Shown here piece by piece: positions 62,486 through 64,000 of a DNA stretch of 64,000 nucleotides. This DNA is from an uncultured Gemmatimonadaceae bacterium (GTDB lineage Bacteria; Gemmatimonadota; Gemmatimonadetes; Gemmatimonadales; Gemmatimonadaceae): NCBI GenBank assembly GCA_963843845.1, contig CAWJMB010000002.1:1056001-1120000 (forward strand). Direction: 5' to 3'. Each line of letters begins with the position of its first letter. Positions within the stretch are counted from its first letter, which is position 1. Made by a program: the position numbers and the translations under genes. The notes under the pieces are model-generated. The model did not search any database. It was given only the letters and a program-made list of their open reading frames with translations, and had not been told where the DNA came from.

Positions 62486-64000
62486 ATGCTGCACTCCACG
62501 ACGCACCCCCTCACCGGCCGCACGCTCATCCTGGTCTCCAATCGGGAGCCCTACGAGCACGTCGCGGAAACGCCGGCCGACGACGCGACGGGAGCGCGGC
62601 CCGACATCACGCTACGCCGCCCGGCCGGCGGTCTCGTCTCGGCGCTGGATCCGACGATGCGTCGCACGCGAGGCACGTGGGTCGCGTGGGGGTCCGGCTC
62701 CGCAGATCGTGAGACGGCCGACGCCGACGGCCGCCTCGCCGTGCCGCCGGACGAGCCGGCGTACACGCTCCGCCGCGTCTGGCTCGACGAGGCCGACGTG
62801 GAAGGGTACTACCTCGGCTTCGCGAACAGCGCGCTCTGGCCGCTCTGTCACCTCCTCGTGCAGCACTACGAGATGCGGCAGGAGTACTGGGATCGCTACG
62901 TGGCGGTGAACGCGCGATTCGCCGACGCGGCGGCCGACGAGGCGCGCCGCGCGCCGCACGCGCCGGTGATCTGGATCCAGGACTACCACTTCGCACTCGT
63001 CGCCGCGCAGCTCCGCGAGCGACTGGCGGGCGAGGCGAGGGGGACGATCGTGCACCAGTTCTGGCACATCCCATTCCCGCCGCCCGACATCCTGCGCCTG
63101 CTCCCGATGGCCGCGTGCGAGGGGGTGATGCGCGGCCTGCTCGGCAACGACCTGCTCGAGTTTCACACCGACCGCTACGCGCAGAACTTCCTCGACTGCG
63201 TCGCCGAGTTCGTGCCCGACGCGCACATCGCCCGCGGCGACCGCACCGTGCGCCTCGGCGGACGCGAGATGCACGTCGGCGTGTTCCCGATCAGCATCGA
63301 CGTCGAGCACTACGAGACGCTCGCCCGCGCCGCGGAGGGCGAGCGCGTGGCGGCCGAGCTCCGCGCGCGCTATGCCGCGAACGGGGCGGCGTTAGGCATC
63401 TCTGTCGACCGCGTCGACTACACGAAGGGGATCCCCGAGCGGTTGCGCGCGCTCGACCAACTGTGGACCGAAGCGCCCGAGCTGCGCCGGCGCCTCACGT
63501 TCCTGCTCGTGGCCACCCCGTCGCGTAGCGAGCTGCCGTCGTACCAGGCGCTCGAGGACGAGGTCGTCGCCGGCGTCCGCGCGATCAACGAGAAGTTCGG
63601 CGACGACGCGTGGACGCCGATCGTGCTGCGTCACGAGAACGTCGACGCCGCCGAGCTCGCGAGCATCTATCGCGCGGCAGACGTGTGTCTCGTCTCGTCG
63701 CTGCAGGACGGAATGAACCTCGTCGCGAAAGAGTTCATCGCATGCAACGTCGACGAGCGGGGCGTGCTCGTCCTGAGCCGCTTCACCGGCGCCGCGACGG
63801 AGATCGACGACGCGCTGCTGATCAACCCGTTCGACGTCGACGATGTCGTCGACGGCCTGCGCCGCGCCGTGACGATGCCGCTCGCCGAGCGACGCGCCCG
63901 GATGCGGCGCATGCGGACGCAGCTCGCGCGCGCGACGATCTTCGACTGGCTCGACGCGATCCTCGCGCACGTCGACGCGATCGCCGCCGCCCCGTCGACC
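62486..64000 (+). CDS. otsA: Trehalose-6-phosphate synthase family (GT20), runs off the window end
   Basis: Read manually: LILVSNREP, AGGLVSAL, YYLGFANSALWPLCH, WIQDYH, FWHIPFP, VDRVDYTKGI, DGMNLVAKEF. Confidence 0.9.
   Translation, partial: MLHSTTHPLTGRTLILVSNREPYEHVAETPADDATGARPDITLRRPAGGLVSALDPTMRRTRGTWVAWGSGSADRETADADGRLAVPPDEPAYTLRRVWLDEADVEGYYLGFANSALWPLCHLLVQHYEMRQEYWDRYVAVNARFADAAADEARRAPHAPVIWIQDYHFALVAAQLRERLAGEARGTIVHQFWHIPFPPPDILRLLPMAACEGVMRGLLGNDLLEFHTDRYAQNFLDCVAEFVPDAHIARGDRTVRLGGREMHVGVFPISIDVEHYETLARAAEGERVAAELRARYAANGAALGISVDRVDYTKGIPERLRALDQLWTEAPELRRRLTFLLVATPSRSELPSYQALEDEVVAGVRAINEKFGDDAWTPIVLRHENVDAAELASIYRAADVCLVSSLQDGMNLVAKEFIACNVDERGVLVLSRFTGAATEIDDALLINPFDVDDVVDGLRRAVTMPLAERRARMRRMRTQLARATIFDWLDAILAHVDAIAAAPST

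Overview
Very GC-rich bacterial chromosomal DNA, densely coding. Gene content and style suggest Gemmatimonadota (inference, not tested). It is mostly core and metabolic genes: BMP/ABC nucleoside uptake, nadB-nadA-nadC, fahA, rocF-rocD with an Lrp regulator, tamA-tamB, a Rho with a very long disordered N-terminus, a PBP1A, DUF1800-DUF1501, an EF-G paralogue, thyX, a squalene/phytoene synthase, rnhA, an ArgE-family enzyme, a GHMP kinase and otsA. I found no rRNA, tRNA, CRISPR array, transposase, integrase or prophage gene. About nine genes carry single-base indels, most likely assembly errors. The most unusual signals are these. (1) The octamer CGTTAGGC/CGTTGGGC is strongly iterated (14 + 19 copies by eye), mostly written into genes through otherwise rare Leu codons. 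(2) A family of (GGGGATC)n...(GATCCCC)n palindromes, two of them inside reading frames. (3) A ~240-nt nested rod-like palindrome between tamB and rho. (4) A candidate redox module: a 4-His cytochrome b561-like membrane protein, a second membrane protein and a Tat-exported Rieske protein. (5) A stand-alone WYL-like miniprotein translationally coupled to RNase HI. (6) Many apparently leaderless genes. All counts and alignments were done by eye.
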